The notes under the pieces are model-generated. The model ran no database searches, was not told where the DNA came from, and worked only from the letters and a program-made list of their open reading frames with translations. Made by a program: the position numbers and the translations under genes. Positions 1 to 10,615 of a stretch of 64,000 nucleotides of DNA are shown piece by piece; positions within the stretch are counted from its first letter, which is position 1, and every line of letters begins with the position of its first letter. The stretch is taken from positions 186,001 through 250,000 of IMG/VR virus record IMGVR_UViG_3300013094_000017. One strand, written 5' to 3'.

Positions 1-1368
1 AACATTAGCAGAATCGAATAATACCCACCAACGGAAACCATCCCATTGTATGATATCATTTGCGTGAGCTATGGTTGCAACCACTGAATTATCATTAGGT
101 GGAGGTGTTCCTACTCCAGTCCACGCTTCGGTAACACCCTCGCCTTGATTAAGCACAACATCTTCTAAGATAAGATATCTAAGATCGACGTTTTCGCCTT
201 CTGTAGTGTGAGGATTAAATGTCTGAGGATTAATAATAGCATCAATGGTGCCTCGGCTTACCAAGTGAATGTGATCAGTTAAGATTGTGTTAGCAGGTAC
301 AGTATCTTGATCAAAGTTCAGTGCCATCAATGCTTCATTGGTTGGATTAAGACTAATGTAAGCAACTATCTCATTACCGTCTGGTTTGGTCAAGCGTATT
401 TGACTTAGCCCCGCATTAAATTTACCAGGATATAGATCCAATAAATTCATCCAACTTGGACGATCTGGCACTAGATTAGGATCAATCCAGCCCTCGCTGA
501 CATTCATATAATCGTGCGGAACTAATACCGCGGTATTGTTTAATACTAATAATCCGTAATCACCTGATGTAACAACAATCTTACTATCCGGAGTTAGTCC
601 GCCAAATATATTTCCACCATAGAACGCATCATCGTATCCGCCTGCATCGCCTGTGCCGGTTGGTTCAGCAAATACATTTGAAATAATTTTAGTAATGATA
701 CCGAGTTTCTTTACCTTGGCCGGTGGACTGATCCACGCAGGTGCTGTAAATTGTAAAGAAGCAATGCTAAGATCATTATTAAGGCCCTGAGGAATTGCAC
801 GTGATTCAAATGTAGATGTGTCCATCAGTTCAAGATAGCTCAGACTTGTCCAGTCAACATAGTTGTCTGTGGTCTGTAATTCAATTGCTGGATTAAACAA
901 TACAGTAATTTGTTCCCATAGTTGTAATTTTTGATCAAAATTTGATGTCCATATATCAGCCGTAAACGATATCATATAAGGAGTTGGCATCAATCTTTCA
1001 ATGGTATAATTGCCGCCTTGTATGTTTGCGTATTCATTGATAGTTTGTCCGTATGTTGGACTATTAGGATCTTCATCTTCGTATCCGTACTGTCTTTCAC
1101 GTATATTAAGTTTGCTTATATAAGTAGGATCCTGCATGCGCTCGCGATCAAATTTTAGTTCTTTAATATAGCAGGCAATAAACGGTGCGCTGGGCATTAC
1201 GTTTTCAGTATTTTTGTTTAAGATAGCACTAGCTTGTCTAGAAGCATCGCCGTAGCGCACAGGCACTCGAATTACATTGCCGCTTGCGTCTTTATAGGAA
1301 AAATTACTCATTAATCGCATAAACTGCGTTAGATAACGTCTTATTTGACCATCATAGAACCATTCGAT
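1..1368 (-). CDS. T4 gp15-like tail terminator/sheath stabiliser with C-terminal extension (runs off window start; probable non-AUG start)
   Basis: Manual translation: (I)EWFYDGQIRRYLTQFMRLMSNFSYKDASGNVIRVPVRYGDASRQ..., a gp15-like N-terminus next to gp14/gp13-like genes. In-frame TAA at 1384-1386 with no ATG/GTG/TTG between it and this motif. Confidence 0.6.
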   Translation of the reverse strand, partial: MEWFYDGQIRRYLTQFMRLMSNFSYKDASGNVIRVPVRYGDASRQASAILNKNTENVMPSAPFIACYIKELKFDRERMQDPTYISKLNIRERQYGYEDEDPNSPTYGQTINEYANIQGGNYTIERLMPTPYMISFTADIWTSNFDQKLQLWEQITVLFNPAIELQTTDNYVDWTSLSYLELMDTSTFESRAIPQGLNNDLSIASLQFTAPAWISPPAKVKKLGIITKIISNVFAEPTGTGDAGGYDDAFYGGNIFGGLTPDSKIVVTSGDYGLLVLNNTAVLVPHDYMNVSEGWIDPNLVPDRPSWMNLLDLYPGKFNAGLSQIRLTKPDGNEIVAYISLNPTNEALMALNFDQDTVPANTILTDHIHLVSRGTIDAIINPQTFNPHTTEGENVDLRYLILEDVVLNQGEGVTEAWTGVGTPPPNDNSVVATIAHANDIIQWDGFRWWVLFDSANV

Positions 1369-1420
1369 AATAGTACATCGGCGTTAAACCGAAGCTCCTT
1401 GTGTTTTCTGTATACGCATC

Positions 1421-2620
1421 TTAATTGTCTGCCTTAGGTTTCAATACTTGACTCAATGCTTGACGTTCCGGTACAACCTCGCCAGCGATTGTAGCAGTAT
1501 TATTATTATTGATAAAGCTAGTTTTTTGTGTTTGACGTGTTAGGCTATTGTCTGCCGGCAATCCGTCGACTGGTTTATTAGTCATTGTCATGCGCACATT
1601 ATCTTCAAATTTAATCCAATTTCTACCATTCCAACGGAACAGTCTGTTAGGGAAATAATCAGTGCGTAGATGGAATTGACCATCTACCACGCCATCTGGA
1701 AAACTAGCACCAAATGTATATGGAGCACCGTTAGGTGTTTTATTATCACCAGTTAAATATCCAACGTAGAAATCCTTATCTGGACTGCGTAATACCATGC
1801 TAGCATCAAGTGCAGCAGTTTCGCTGTCTACAGTATCAGTGTCATCGCTGGCATCTGCTGTGTTAACAATTCCGTTGTCACGGGTAGGAATAACATAGAA
1901 TTGATTTGTGTCGTAGCCACTTAACGGAGCATCTGCTTCTGCTTGGGCAATAATAGCATCATTGATAGCAATATTTTGATTGTATGTACTGATGATATCA
2001 CGTAGAGTTTTGTTGCCATCTCCTGCCGGAGCATTAAGAATCTCAGCAAACTCTTGGCTATCAACGAGTGGTTGACATTTAGCACGTAAGAGATGTGGAT
2101 ACCAAGTTTGACTGTAGCCTGTACTAGGACGGGTTACTTCTGTGATCACATAGTATCTGCGCAGGGCAACCATGGCATCATCTAATGCATATTCATCCTT
2201 TTGATGCGGCAATTCGATAACATCACCTGCCATTACCTTACGTCCCAAGGCTTCAAATGTGCTGCGTAAATGAAAGTGTACTAGGATCTCATCATTACTT
2301 AAGAATAGACCAAACTGTGCTAGATTAAACACGCTGTCCATCATTGTGTAAATACCGCGTAGTCTGTAGACATCTGGATCATAATGGCGATCACGGTTTT
2401 CCATAAACACTAGATCTTGTATGCCTAATTCTGGGATAGGATTGGTATTATTTGGAATACTTGGTGTAGCAGTTCCACCCACTTCGTCTGGATTTACGGG
2501 ACCTAAATATTTGTGTATCATACAGTCAGTACCGCCAACTTGAAACTGCTCGTTGATCACACGGTCTAATAATTTAAAGTCGTTGCCCTTCTCCGGGCGA
2601 TATAAGGAAAGTCTTGGCAT
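1421..2620 (-). CDS. Neck protein, T4 gp14-like, with C-terminal extension
   Basis: ENRDRHYD, FNLAQFGLFL, VMAGDVIELPH motifs; late TAAATA upstream at 2629-2634; divergent from gp13-like gene. Confidence 0.7.
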   Translation of the reverse strand: MPRLSLYRPEKGNDFKLLDRVINEQFQVGGTDCMIHKYLGPVNPDEVGGTATPSIPNNTNPIPELGIQDLVFMENRDRHYDPDVYRLRGIYTMMDSVFNLAQFGLFLSNDEILVHFHLRSTFEALGRKVMAGDVIELPHQKDEYALDDAMVALRRYYVITEVTRPSTGYSQTWYPHLLRAKCQPLVDSQEFAEILNAPAGDGNKTLRDIISTYNQNIAINDAIIAQAEADAPLSGYDTNQFYVIPTRDNGIVNTADASDDTDTVDSETAALDASMVLRSPDKDFYVGYLTGDNKTPNGAPYTFGASFPDGVVDGQFHLRTDYFPNRLFRWNGRNWIKFEDNVRMTMTNKPVDGLPADNSLTRQTQKTSFINNNNTATIAGEVVPERQALSQVLKPKADN

Positions 2621-2649
2621 AGTAATGTTATTTATGGCTAAATATCTGT

Positions 2650-3408
2650 ATGACTGAATTAGAAAACGAACGCCAGATAGTAATCGATTATATCAAAACC
2701 TTCTTAGGTGACGGAATCGTAGACGTAGAATTAGATCCTATCCACTATAATACTGCCATTGATCGAGCTCTTATGCGCTATCGCCAGCGCAGCCAAAACT
2801 CAACCGAAGAAAGTTTTGGATTTATAACCCTACAGGTAGACCAAAATGAATATTTCCTTCCTAAAGAAGTTATGGAAGTTCGTCAGTTATTCCGTCGTAG
2901 TATTGGTAGTCGTAGCGGAGGTGGCGATGGCGGTAGCTTGTTTGAACCGTTTAACCTAGCTTATTCAAATACTTACTTACTATCTAGCTCAAATATGGGC
3001 GGATTAGGCACATATTTTGCTTTTGCTAGTTATCAAAACCTAGTGGGCAAAATGTTTGGTAGCTTTATTAACTTTGATTTCAATCCAACAACAAAGAAAC
3101 TACGTATAGCACAACGTCCTAGAACAGAAGAAAGCGTGCTCATGTGGATGTATAACTATCGTCCAGATTTCAATTTATTCCAAGACAACTACGCAGGTAT
3201 TTGGATCAAGGATTATGCACTGGCCAATGCCAAGATTATGCTAGGCGAAGCACGTGAAAAATTCGCAACTATTGCAGGTCCACAGGGTGGTACTAGCCTA
3301 AATGGTGCGGCAATTAAAGCAGAAGGTACTGCAATGATTGAAAAACTTGACCTAGAATTAACCAATAACTTTGACGGACAAAAACCAATGACATTTGTTA
3401 TTGGCTAA
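2650..3408 (+). CDS. Neck protein, T4 gp13-like
   Basis: LGDGIVDVELD, WIKDYALANAKIMLGEAREKF, PQGGTSLNG motifs; late promoter upstream. Confidence 0.75.
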   Translation: MTELENERQIVIDYIKTFLGDGIVDVELDPIHYNTAIDRALMRYRQRSQNSTEESFGFITLQVDQNEYFLPKEVMEVRQLFRRSIGSRSGGGDGGSLFEPFNLAYSNTYLLSSSNMGGLGTYFAFASYQNLVGKMFGSFINFDFNPTTKKLRIAQRPRTEESVLMWMYNYRPDFNLFQDNYAGIWIKDYALANAKIMLGEAREKFATIAGPQGGTSLNGAAIKAEGTAMIEKLDLELTNNFDGQKPMTFVIG

Positions 3409-3414
3409 AATTAT

Positions 3415-3443
3415 TTGACATTGTAATCTAATTGTATTATAAT
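3415..3443 (+). promoter_or_regulatory. sigma70-type promoter for dNMP kinase
   Basis: TTGACA (3415-20), 17-nt spacer, TATAAT (3438-43); GGAG RBS downstream. Confidence 0.8.
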
Positions 3444-3461
3444 TGTGCATAGGAGACAATT

Positions 3462-4130
3462 ATGATCATTGGTATTTGCGGTTTCATTGGCGCGGGAAAA
3501 GACACTGCCGCCGACTACTTACAAAACTTCCACGAATTTAGACGCGAATCATTTGCCTGCACACTCAAAGATGCAGTTGCGGCTGTGTTCGGTTGGGATC
3601 GAACCTTGCTTGAAGGGCGGACAAAAGAAGCTCGCGAATGGCGAGAACAGGTAGATCCGTGGTGGGCCGAACGCTTAGGTATGCCAGATCTTACCCCACG
3701 TTGGGTATTACAATACTGGGGCACTGAAGTGTGCCGTCGAGGATTCCATGATGACATTTGGATCTCTAGCTTAGAAAACAAACTTCGCAATAGTAAAGAT
3801 AATGTGGTCATCAGTGACTGCCGTTTTCCAAATGAGATTAACGCAATCAAACGTGCAGGTGGTAAGATTATTTGGGTTACTAGAGGGCCGTTACCTGAAT
3901 GGTACGATGCTGCTGTTAGTATGAACCTAGGGCCAAAACGCAATATGAGTTGGGCTATTAGCACTCATAAGATTGAACAGTTAGGTATTCATGCCAGTGA
4001 AACTGCGTGGGTTGGTACTAAATTTGATGCGGTAATCGACAACGATGGCAGCATTCAAGACCTGTATGATCAGTTACAAGAGATTATTAATGATCAGGAG
4101 TTAGATCTCCCTGTCTCCAAGAAACATTAG
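3462..4130 (+). CDS. Deoxynucleoside monophosphate kinase (T4 gp1-like)
   Basis: IIGICGFIGAGKDT P-loop, TPRWVLQYWGTE, VISDCRFPNE. Confidence 0.9.
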   Translation: MIIGICGFIGAGKDTAADYLQNFHEFRRESFACTLKDAVAAVFGWDRTLLEGRTKEAREWREQVDPWWAERLGMPDLTPRWVLQYWGTEVCRRGFHDDIWISSLENKLRNSKDNVVISDCRFPNEINAIKRAGGKIIWVTRGPLPEWYDAAVSMNLGPKRNMSWAISTHKIEQLGIHASETAWVGTKFDAVIDNDGSIQDLYDQLQEIINDQELDLPVSKKH

Positions 4131-4422
4131 TAGAATGTAGTACTCGCTGGCAATTTGCGCAGACTGTCTTTAGATTATCATATCGGCAGTTACGTAAATT
4201 GCCATCAACATGATAGACATTAAACTGTTGTGGAAATTTACTAATATATCCACAGCGATCACATTTAAGTTTTTTCCTATATCCTGCCTTAAACCAACTA
4301 GGCATCCCTTCCTTAGATACTCGAGCACAATGGTCACACTGTGACCTATAATGTGGTTTACCCTCTTTATGGTAGTTAATTGCCACTGGTCTTTGCCCGC
4401 AGGTCTTACATAATTTTCGCAT
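4087..4422 (-). CDS. Small HNH endonuclease-like protein with Zn ribbons
   Basis: CDRCG...VYHVDGNLRNCRYDNLKTVCANC; start ATG 4422 preceded by GTAAATA. Confidence 0.65.
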   Translation of the reverse strand: MRKLCKTCGQRPVAINYHKEGKPHYRSQCDHCARVSKEGMPSWFKAGYRKKLKCDRCGYISKFPQQFNVYHVDGNLRNCRYDNLKTVCANCQRVLHSTNVSWRQGDLTPDH

Positions 4423-4537
4423 ATTGTATTTACACGCCCTTTGTCGCGCCCTTTGATCATGCATTTAACCGTGTATTTTTTCCACTTGCCACTAAATATA
4501 ACAAAGTAATATAGTAATCCATTAAGGAGATCAAGAA

Positions 4538-7500
4538 ATGGCAACATTACAATCACCAGGCGTACAGGTTCAAGTTATTGACGAAAGTTTCTACACCCCT
4601 GCTGCTCCAGGAACAGTTCCTCTAATATTTGTGGCAAGTGCTTCAAATAAAGAAAATGCTAGCGGCACAGGTACAGCAGCTGGTACATTAGCAGCTAACG
4701 CTGGTCAAGTTTGGACAATTACAAGTCAACGTGATTTAACAGATACATTCGGTACCCCAATTTTCTACACAGATTCAAACAGCAATCCACTTAACGGTGA
4801 CGAGCTAAACGAGTACGGTCTACAAGCTGCTTACAGTTTGTTAGGTGTAAGCTCAAAAGCCTATGTTGTTCGTGCTGATTTAGATCTAGGTCAATTAGTT
4901 CCACAGGCTAGTGTTCCGGAAGGTTCAGCAGTAAGTGGTACATATTGGGTAGATACCAGCAACACATTATACGGTGTTAACGAGTGGGATGCAGTTAACA
5001 AAGTATTTGTTACTAAAACTCCATTAGTTATTGACGACAGCAATGCTAGTACCGCAGCTGATTTAGTTAGCGAAACATATTTCCCTAAAGCAAGTTTTGG
5101 TGTTAAAGGCGATTACGCAGCCGTAGTTACTAAACAAGACACTAACCAAATTTGGTTTAAAAATAGCGATAACGTTTGGGTAGTAGTTGGTTCTAACGAA
5201 GAAACTAATTTCTCTTCAAGTGGCTTTACAAGTGCTTGCTGGCAAACCAGCTGGCCTGTTGCTACAAGCTCAGGATTCGGTGCTGTTACTACAGCTACAA
5301 CATTCTATGTAAACAGTATTCTTGTAACACTAGGTGGCGATGTAACTCCAACAGGAGTAGCAGCAAGTATTAATGCTGCAATGCACACATACGGAGTTGG
5401 CGCAAGAGTAAATTCATCAGGATACTTAGCTTTATATGCAGATGCTACTGCTAAATCAAATGGCACAGCAGTAGATGGTAAAATCTTATTAACACCTGGT
5501 ACATTAACAGATATTACCAAACTTGGACTAGCAACTACAACATACGGTGCTGTTACATTAACTGTAGCTTCGCACACACAAGTTCCACAATACGGTACAG
5601 GTAATAATCCTTCAGGAAGTGTTTACGTTAAAACAACAAGTCCTAATCTAGGTGCTAACTGGGCAATCAAGTATTACAATGGTGCTACACAAACATGGGG
5701 TACAGTAAGTGCTCCAATTTACGCATCATCAGAAGCAGCAATCTACGGTATCGATCAAGCAGGTGGCAAAAATATTGCTACAGGTACATTGTTTATTGAA
5801 AGCAATTATGATCACGGTGATGGTTCTACTGTTGATTCTCCTAAACTAGCAGAATTCAAAGTGTATCGTCGTTCAGCAGTTAGTCCTACAACTGTAAGCA
5901 CTGTGGCAACTACTTCAACATTTGGTAGCACATCAACATTTACAATTCAAGAAACACTAGCAGGTAGTGCAACATATTCTAATGCTGCTACTGTACATAT
6001 TGCTGCTGGCGCAAGTTTAGCAGATTTTGTTACTGCGGTTAGTGCAGCAGGATTAGTAAACGTTTCGGCTTCATACAACGCACTATCAGGCACAGTAAGT
6101 TTAAGCCATAAATTAGGCGGTGACTTTAAATTAGTAGATGGCACACATACTCCATTGGCAACAACATTAGGGTTTACTGCGTATGATTTAACCACACGTA
6201 CAGGTACTGCTAATCTTTATGGTCCTGCTGCGTTTGATACATTTACATTCAAAGCAAGTAACTGGAAACCATTAGCATACGAATCAAAATCAACTGCTCC
6301 GTACACTAATCCAGCAGATGGCCAATTATGGTACAGTTCAATCGTTGACGAAGTTGACGTATTATACCACAATGGTACAACATGGGTAGGTTACCAAGAT
6401 GCTACAGCGTTCCCAACAAGTGATCCAATGGGTCCACAAGTTGTTGCGCTAGCACCAACTACACAAAGCGATGGCACAGACCTAGTAGACGGCGATATCT
6501 GGATTAGCACAGCTGATACAGAAACATATGGCCAAAACATCTACGTTTGGAATGCTACTACATTAAAATGGATCAAACAAGATCCAGCAGATCAAACAAC
6601 ACCAAATGGTTGGTTGTTTGCAGATGCACGTTGGGCTACAAGTGGCCAAGCGTCAGATCCTGCTACAATCGTAGCATTGTTAGGTAGCAACTATTTAGAT
6701 CCAGATGCTCCAGATCCTGCACTATACCCACAAGGTATGCGTTTATGGAACACTCGTCGTAGTGGTTACAATGTTAAGAAATATGTTCAAAACTACATTA
6801 ACATCTATGCTAACAACGGTGAAAATGCTCGCTACGGTAATGATCCAATGGATGGTTCAAATATGACAGTCCCATACTTTGCTGATCGTTGGGTAACAGC
6901 AAGTCCAAATGCAGCAGACGGTTCAGGTTCATTCGGTCGTCACGCACAACGTAGTTTTGTTGTAGAAGGATTCAAAGCATTGATTGATACTAATCAAGCT
7001 ATCCGTGACACAGACACATTAGTGTTTAACTTAATTGCTTGCCCTGGTTATCCAGAAGCTATTCAAAACATGATCGCATTTAACACTGATCGCGGAATTA
7101 CAGCGTTCGTAGTTGGCGATACACCGTTCCGTTTAGCATCAGATGGCACTTCATTAGCTACTTGGGGTAATAACCTAAATAGCGCATTAGATAATAATGA
7201 TACCGGCGCAGTAAGTTACGATGACTTTATGGCTATGTTCTACCCAAGTGGTTACACAAATGACAACACAGGCAACTACATTGTTGTTCCACCAAGCCAT
7301 ATGATGTTACGTACAATTGCTAACAGTGATGCTAAATCATATCCATGGTTTGCTCCAGCAGGCCTACGTCGCGGTGGTGTTGACAATGCTACAGCAGTTG
7401 GTTACTTACTAAATGGTGAGTTCCAAGCAGCTCCACTACCGGAAGCAATTCGTGATGTATTAGCAGGTGTTAAAATTAATCCAATTGCTACATTCCCAGG

Positions 7501-7876
7501 TTCAGGTATTGTTAACTTTGGTAACTACACTCGTGCTAACGCAGCCAGCGCATTAGATCGTATTAACGTGGCTCGTTTAGTTTGCTACCTACGTAGACAA
7601 TTAGAAATCCTTGCTCGTCCGTTCTTATTTGAACCAAACGACAAGATTACACGTAACGAAATCAAATCAGCAACCGAAAGCCTATTGTTAGAATTAGTAG
7701 GACAACGTGCATTGTATGACTTCGTTGTAGTATGCGATGAGTCAAACAATACAAATGCTAGAATTGACCGTAGCGAATTATGGTTAGATATCGCTATAGA
7801 ACCAGTTAAGGCTGTAGAATTTATCTACATCCCACTACGTTTGAAAAATACTGGCGCTATCGCAGCTGGTCTATAA
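4538..7876 (+). CDS. Contractile tail sheath protein (gp18-like) with large inserted domains
   Basis: N-terminal SPGVQVQVIDES; C-terminal PWFAPAG, RINVARL, LFEPND, PVKAVEFIYI. Confidence 0.92.
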   Translation: MATLQSPGVQVQVIDESFYTPAAPGTVPLIFVASASNKENASGTGTAAGTLAANAGQVWTITSQRDLTDTFGTPIFYTDSNSNPLNGDELNEYGLQAAYSLLGVSSKAYVVRADLDLGQLVPQASVPEGSAVSGTYWVDTSNTLYGVNEWDAVNKVFVTKTPLVIDDSNASTAADLVSETYFPKASFGVKGDYAAVVTKQDTNQIWFKNSDNVWVVVGSNEETNFSSSGFTSACWQTSWPVATSSGFGAVTTATTFYVNSILVTLGGDVTPTGVAASINAAMHTYGVGARVNSSGYLALYADATAKSNGTAVDGKILLTPGTLTDITKLGLATTTYGAVTLTVASHTQVPQYGTGNNPSGSVYVKTTSPNLGANWAIKYYNGATQTWGTVSAPIYASSEAAIYGIDQAGGKNIATGTLFIESNYDHGDGSTVDSPKLAEFKVYRRSAVSPTTVSTVATTSTFGSTSTFTIQETLAGSATYSNAATVHIAAGASLADFVTAVSAAGLVNVSASYNALSGTVSLSHKLGGDFKLVDGTHTPLATTLGFTAYDLTTRTGTANLYGPAAFDTFTFKASNWKPLAYESKSTAPYTNPADGQLWYSSIVDEVDVLYHNGTTWVGYQDATAFPTSDPMGPQVVALAPTTQSDGTDLVDGDIWISTADTETYGQNIYVWNATTLKWIKQDPADQTTPNGWLFADARWATSGQASDPATIVALLGSNYLDPDAPDPALYPQGMRLWNTRRSGYNVKKYVQNYINIYANNGENARYGNDPMDGSNMTVPYFADRWVTASPNAADGSGSFGRHAQRSFVVEGFKALIDTNQAIRDTDTLVFNLIACPGYPEAIQNMIAFNTDRGITAFVVGDTPFRLASDGTSLATWGNNLNSALDNNDTGAVSYDDFMAMFYPSGYTNDNTGNYIVVPPSHMMLRTIANSDAKSYPWFAPAGLRRGGVDNATAVGYLLNGEFQAAPLPEAIRDVLAGVKINPIATFPGSGIVNFGNYTRANAASALDRINVARLVCYLRRQLEILARPFLFEPNDKITRNEIKSATESLLLELVGQRALYDFVVVCDESNNTNARIDRSELWLDIAIEPVKAVEFIYIPLRLKNTGAIAAGL

Positions 7877-7899
7877 TTAAAGGATAAGGAGCACTTACA

Positions 7900-8526
7900 A
7901 TGGCAATTTCAAGTTTAAGCAAGTTAGGGGTACCGTTAAGCGGTTCCCAAAGTGCTAGCAATCAAGGGTTGTTAATGCCGAAGCTGCAATATCGCTTCCG
8001 TGTATTATTTCAAAACTTCGGAGTTAGCAAACCAACAACAGAATTAACTAAACAGGTTATCTCTTCATCACGTCCGTCACCGGAATTTGAAGAAATCACT
8101 CTAGATGTTTACAACAGCAAGGTTAAACTAGCTGGTAAACCAAAATGGAATGATATCTCAGTAGTAGTACGTGATGATGCAGGTGGTGCAGTTAGCAAGT
8201 TAGTTGGCGAACAATTACAGAAACAATTCGACTTCTTTGAACAAAGTTCTGCATCTTCTGGTATTGATTACAAATTTACTACAGTTATTGAATTATTAGA
8301 CGGTGGTAATGGCGCATACGATCCAGTGGTATTAGAAACATTTGAATTGTATGGCTGCTATGTTAAGAAAGCAGAATACAAACAAGCTGAATACAAAACA
8401 AGTGAAGCAATGGATATCACATTAAGCATTGCTTACGATAACGCTTTACAAGTTAACTCAGCAGGTCAAGCAGTTGGTATTGGTGCAGCAGTTGGTCGTA
8501 CAGTACGTACACTAGCTACAGGCTAA
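7900..8526 (+). CDS. Tail tube protein (gp19-like)
   Basis: Follows sheath; MPKLQYRFRV, KLAGKPKWNDISV.VRDD, ITLSIAYDNA. Confidence 0.85.
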   Translation: MAISSLSKLGVPLSGSQSASNQGLLMPKLQYRFRVLFQNFGVSKPTTELTKQVISSSRPSPEFEEITLDVYNSKVKLAGKPKWNDISVVVRDDAGGAVSKLVGEQLQKQFDFFEQSSASSGIDYKFTTVIELLDGGNGAYDPVVLETFELYGCYVKKAEYKQAEYKTSEAMDITLSIAYDNALQVNSAGQAVGIGAAVGRTVRTLATG

Positions 8527-8541
8527 TAACAGAAACACAAG

Positions 8542-8570
8542 AAAGGGCGTATACTATACGCTCTTTTTTT
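8542..8570 (+). terminator. Rho-independent terminator
   Basis: GGGCGTAT/ATACGCTC stem followed by T7. Confidence 0.7.
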
Positions 8571-8586
8571 GCGACTAAATAATTGC

Positions 8587-9786
8587 ATGGCCAATGCTTT
8601 CGTAAATTTTCTTAGTGAAGCTGTAAATGCTTCCGGTAATCTTAGAGACTATCAACATGCTAGTAGATTGTATGTTAATAATTTCTACGACCTTGCTCCG
8701 AAGGCAGGGTGGATTTACTATGTGGTAATGAATGTTAATCCTGCAATAGCTGGGACAATCACTGATCCAGCAGTATCAGCAGCCTTTCAAACTTGGTATG
8801 CTAGATATCACGGTAGTGTGGGATTACTGGCTAAACAAGCAGATCTACCAAAGTTCACAATAGAAACAGAAGTATTAAATCAATACAACAGAAAGACAGT
8901 AATTCAAAAAAAGATTAATTACAATCCATTAAGTTTCACATTCCATGATGATATGGCTAATGCTACAACTAACCTATGGAAGAGTTATTATCAATATTAC
9001 TTTTCAGATAGTCTAGGTGCTAGCAATTCGGGAATCTCTACTTCAATTGTTCCAAAATATGTAGATACCAAGTACCAAGATACAAATGTAAATCAATACG
9101 GTTTAAACAACGGACAGACAGTTCCTTTCTTTATTTCAATTGACATGTATCAGTTAAATCGACAACAATTTACATCATTCAAAATTGTCAATCCGATAGT
9201 TAAAGAATGGGCGCATGATCAATTAGATCAAACACAAGGTAATAGAGTAATGTCAAGTAAGATGACTGTGGAATATGAAACAGTTATATATAATACCGAT
9301 CCTACTAATTTCAGCAGTTTACAAAATCCAGGATTCGCTGCCAGTCATTACGATAATACACCTAGTCCGTTAAGTATTGGCGGAGTAGGCACTAACAGTA
9401 TATTAGGCCCAGGCGGCATTATGGCAGGTGCTAGCGATGTATTTGGATCATTAGCCAACATCGGATCAGCAAGTCCATTAGACATATTAAATACCGCTAT
9501 CAAAGGCGCAAACCTAGTGAGAAATGCTAAGAGTATTTCCAGTGCAGGGATATCACAAGAAGCTAGCGGATTGGTAACAGGAGTGCTAGGTAACATCAGT
9601 GCAACTCCAGCAGGAGTAGTAAACTTAGATGGGACTATTTCACAGGTACCTGCTAGTAATAGAATATCTCAAGGTGTATCGCAATCAGCAGCCGGAATAC
9701 AGCAGGTAATAAGCCCAGCTGGAGTAAATCTACCGTCAATCGGCGGATCTACTAACATAGTGTCTGCTATCGCTAAAATATTATAG
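8587..9786 (+). CDS. Tube-fold baseplate/tube initiator protein (gp54/gp48-like)
   Basis: LAKQADLPKFTIETEVLNQYNRK, LSFTFHDD (gp19-like fold); start after late promoter at 8576. Confidence 0.5.
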   Translation: MANAFVNFLSEAVNASGNLRDYQHASRLYVNNFYDLAPKAGWIYYVVMNVNPAIAGTITDPAVSAAFQTWYARYHGSVGLLAKQADLPKFTIETEVLNQYNRKTVIQKKINYNPLSFTFHDDMANATTNLWKSYYQYYFSDSLGASNSGISTSIVPKYVDTKYQDTNVNQYGLNNGQTVPFFISIDMYQLNRQQFTSFKIVNPIVKEWAHDQLDQTQGNRVMSSKMTVEYETVIYNTDPTNFSSLQNPGFAASHYDNTPSPLSIGGVGTNSILGPGGIMAGASDVFGSLANIGSASPLDILNTAIKGANLVRNAKSISSAGISQEASGLVTGVLGNISATPAGVVNLDGTISQVPASNRISQGVSQSAAGIQQVISPAGVNLPSIGGSTNIVSAIAKIL

Positions 9787-9794
9787 GATATAAC

Positions 9795-10178
9795 ATGGCT
9801 GTAACATATAACAACGTACCTAAAGCACCTGCATCGTCGGCATCTAGTTCAGACCAAACCGTACAGGCATTTGATCAATATTATCAAACTCCTATCGCAT
9901 TAAACAATAATGACCTAGTAGCAATGACTGGATTCTTTGAGAAGCGAGGATTTGGAGTAGATTCAGCAGAGTCAACTGCATTGGTAATCCTACAACAGGC
10001 CAAGAAAGATGGGTTTAGTGCCATGCAGGTGATGGATACGTTATCTGGGTTGAACCCTGTAGAAATTAGTGCCCTAGTTGCTGAGATCTTAAATTACAAT
10101 AGATTTAAAACCAGCAGTCTTGGTACATCGCAGAATTATGCACCGTCATCGGAAGTTACAAGAAATATTATAGCATGA
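9795..10178 (+). CDS. Hypothetical virion-cluster protein
   Basis: 127-aa ORF with RBS in structural operon. Confidence 0.6.
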   Translation: MAVTYNNVPKAPASSASSSDQTVQAFDQYYQTPIALNNNDLVAMTGFFEKRGFGVDSAESTALVILQQAKKDGFSAMQVMDTLSGLNPVEISALVAEILNYNRFKTSSLGTSQNYAPSSEVTRNIIA

Positions 10179-10615
10179 GTTTAAAGTTTAGCCAAGGTGT
10201 TTATAAGGTAAAGAATCCTGAAAAATATGTAGGGTTAGGAAATCCTCGCTATCGCAGTTCGTGGGAAATATCCGTTATGAAGATGTGCGATGAAAATCCT
10301 GCCATCGTACAATGGGCCAGTGAAAGTGTTAAGATACCTTATAGAGATCCACTAACAGGCAAGGCAACAGTGTATGTACCAGACTTCCTTGTGGTGTTCG
10401 TGGACAACAAGAATAAGAAACGTGCTGAACTTTGGGAAGTAAAACCAATCAACCAAACTTTACTCGAGAAGGTAGGAAAGAATAAGTACAATCAAGCACA
10501 GTTCGTTAAGAACCAAGTGAAATGGGCAGCAGCTAAGAACTGGTGCAAACAGAATGGCCTAACATTTAGGATCATTACAGAACACGATTTATATCATCAA
10601 GGTAAAAAACTATGA
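10175..10615 (+). CDS. Head completion nuclease (T4 gp4-like, TnsA-like)
   Basis: YRSSWE, WASE...IPY, YVPDF, EVKP, N..KW.AA motifs. Confidence 0.85.
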   Translation: MSLKFSQGVYKVKNPEKYVGLGNPRYRSSWEISVMKMCDENPAIVQWASESVKIPYRDPLTGKATVYVPDFLVVFVDNKNKKRAELWEVKPINQTLLEKVGKNKYNQAQFVKNQVKWAAAKNWCKQNGLTFRIITEHDLYHQGKKL

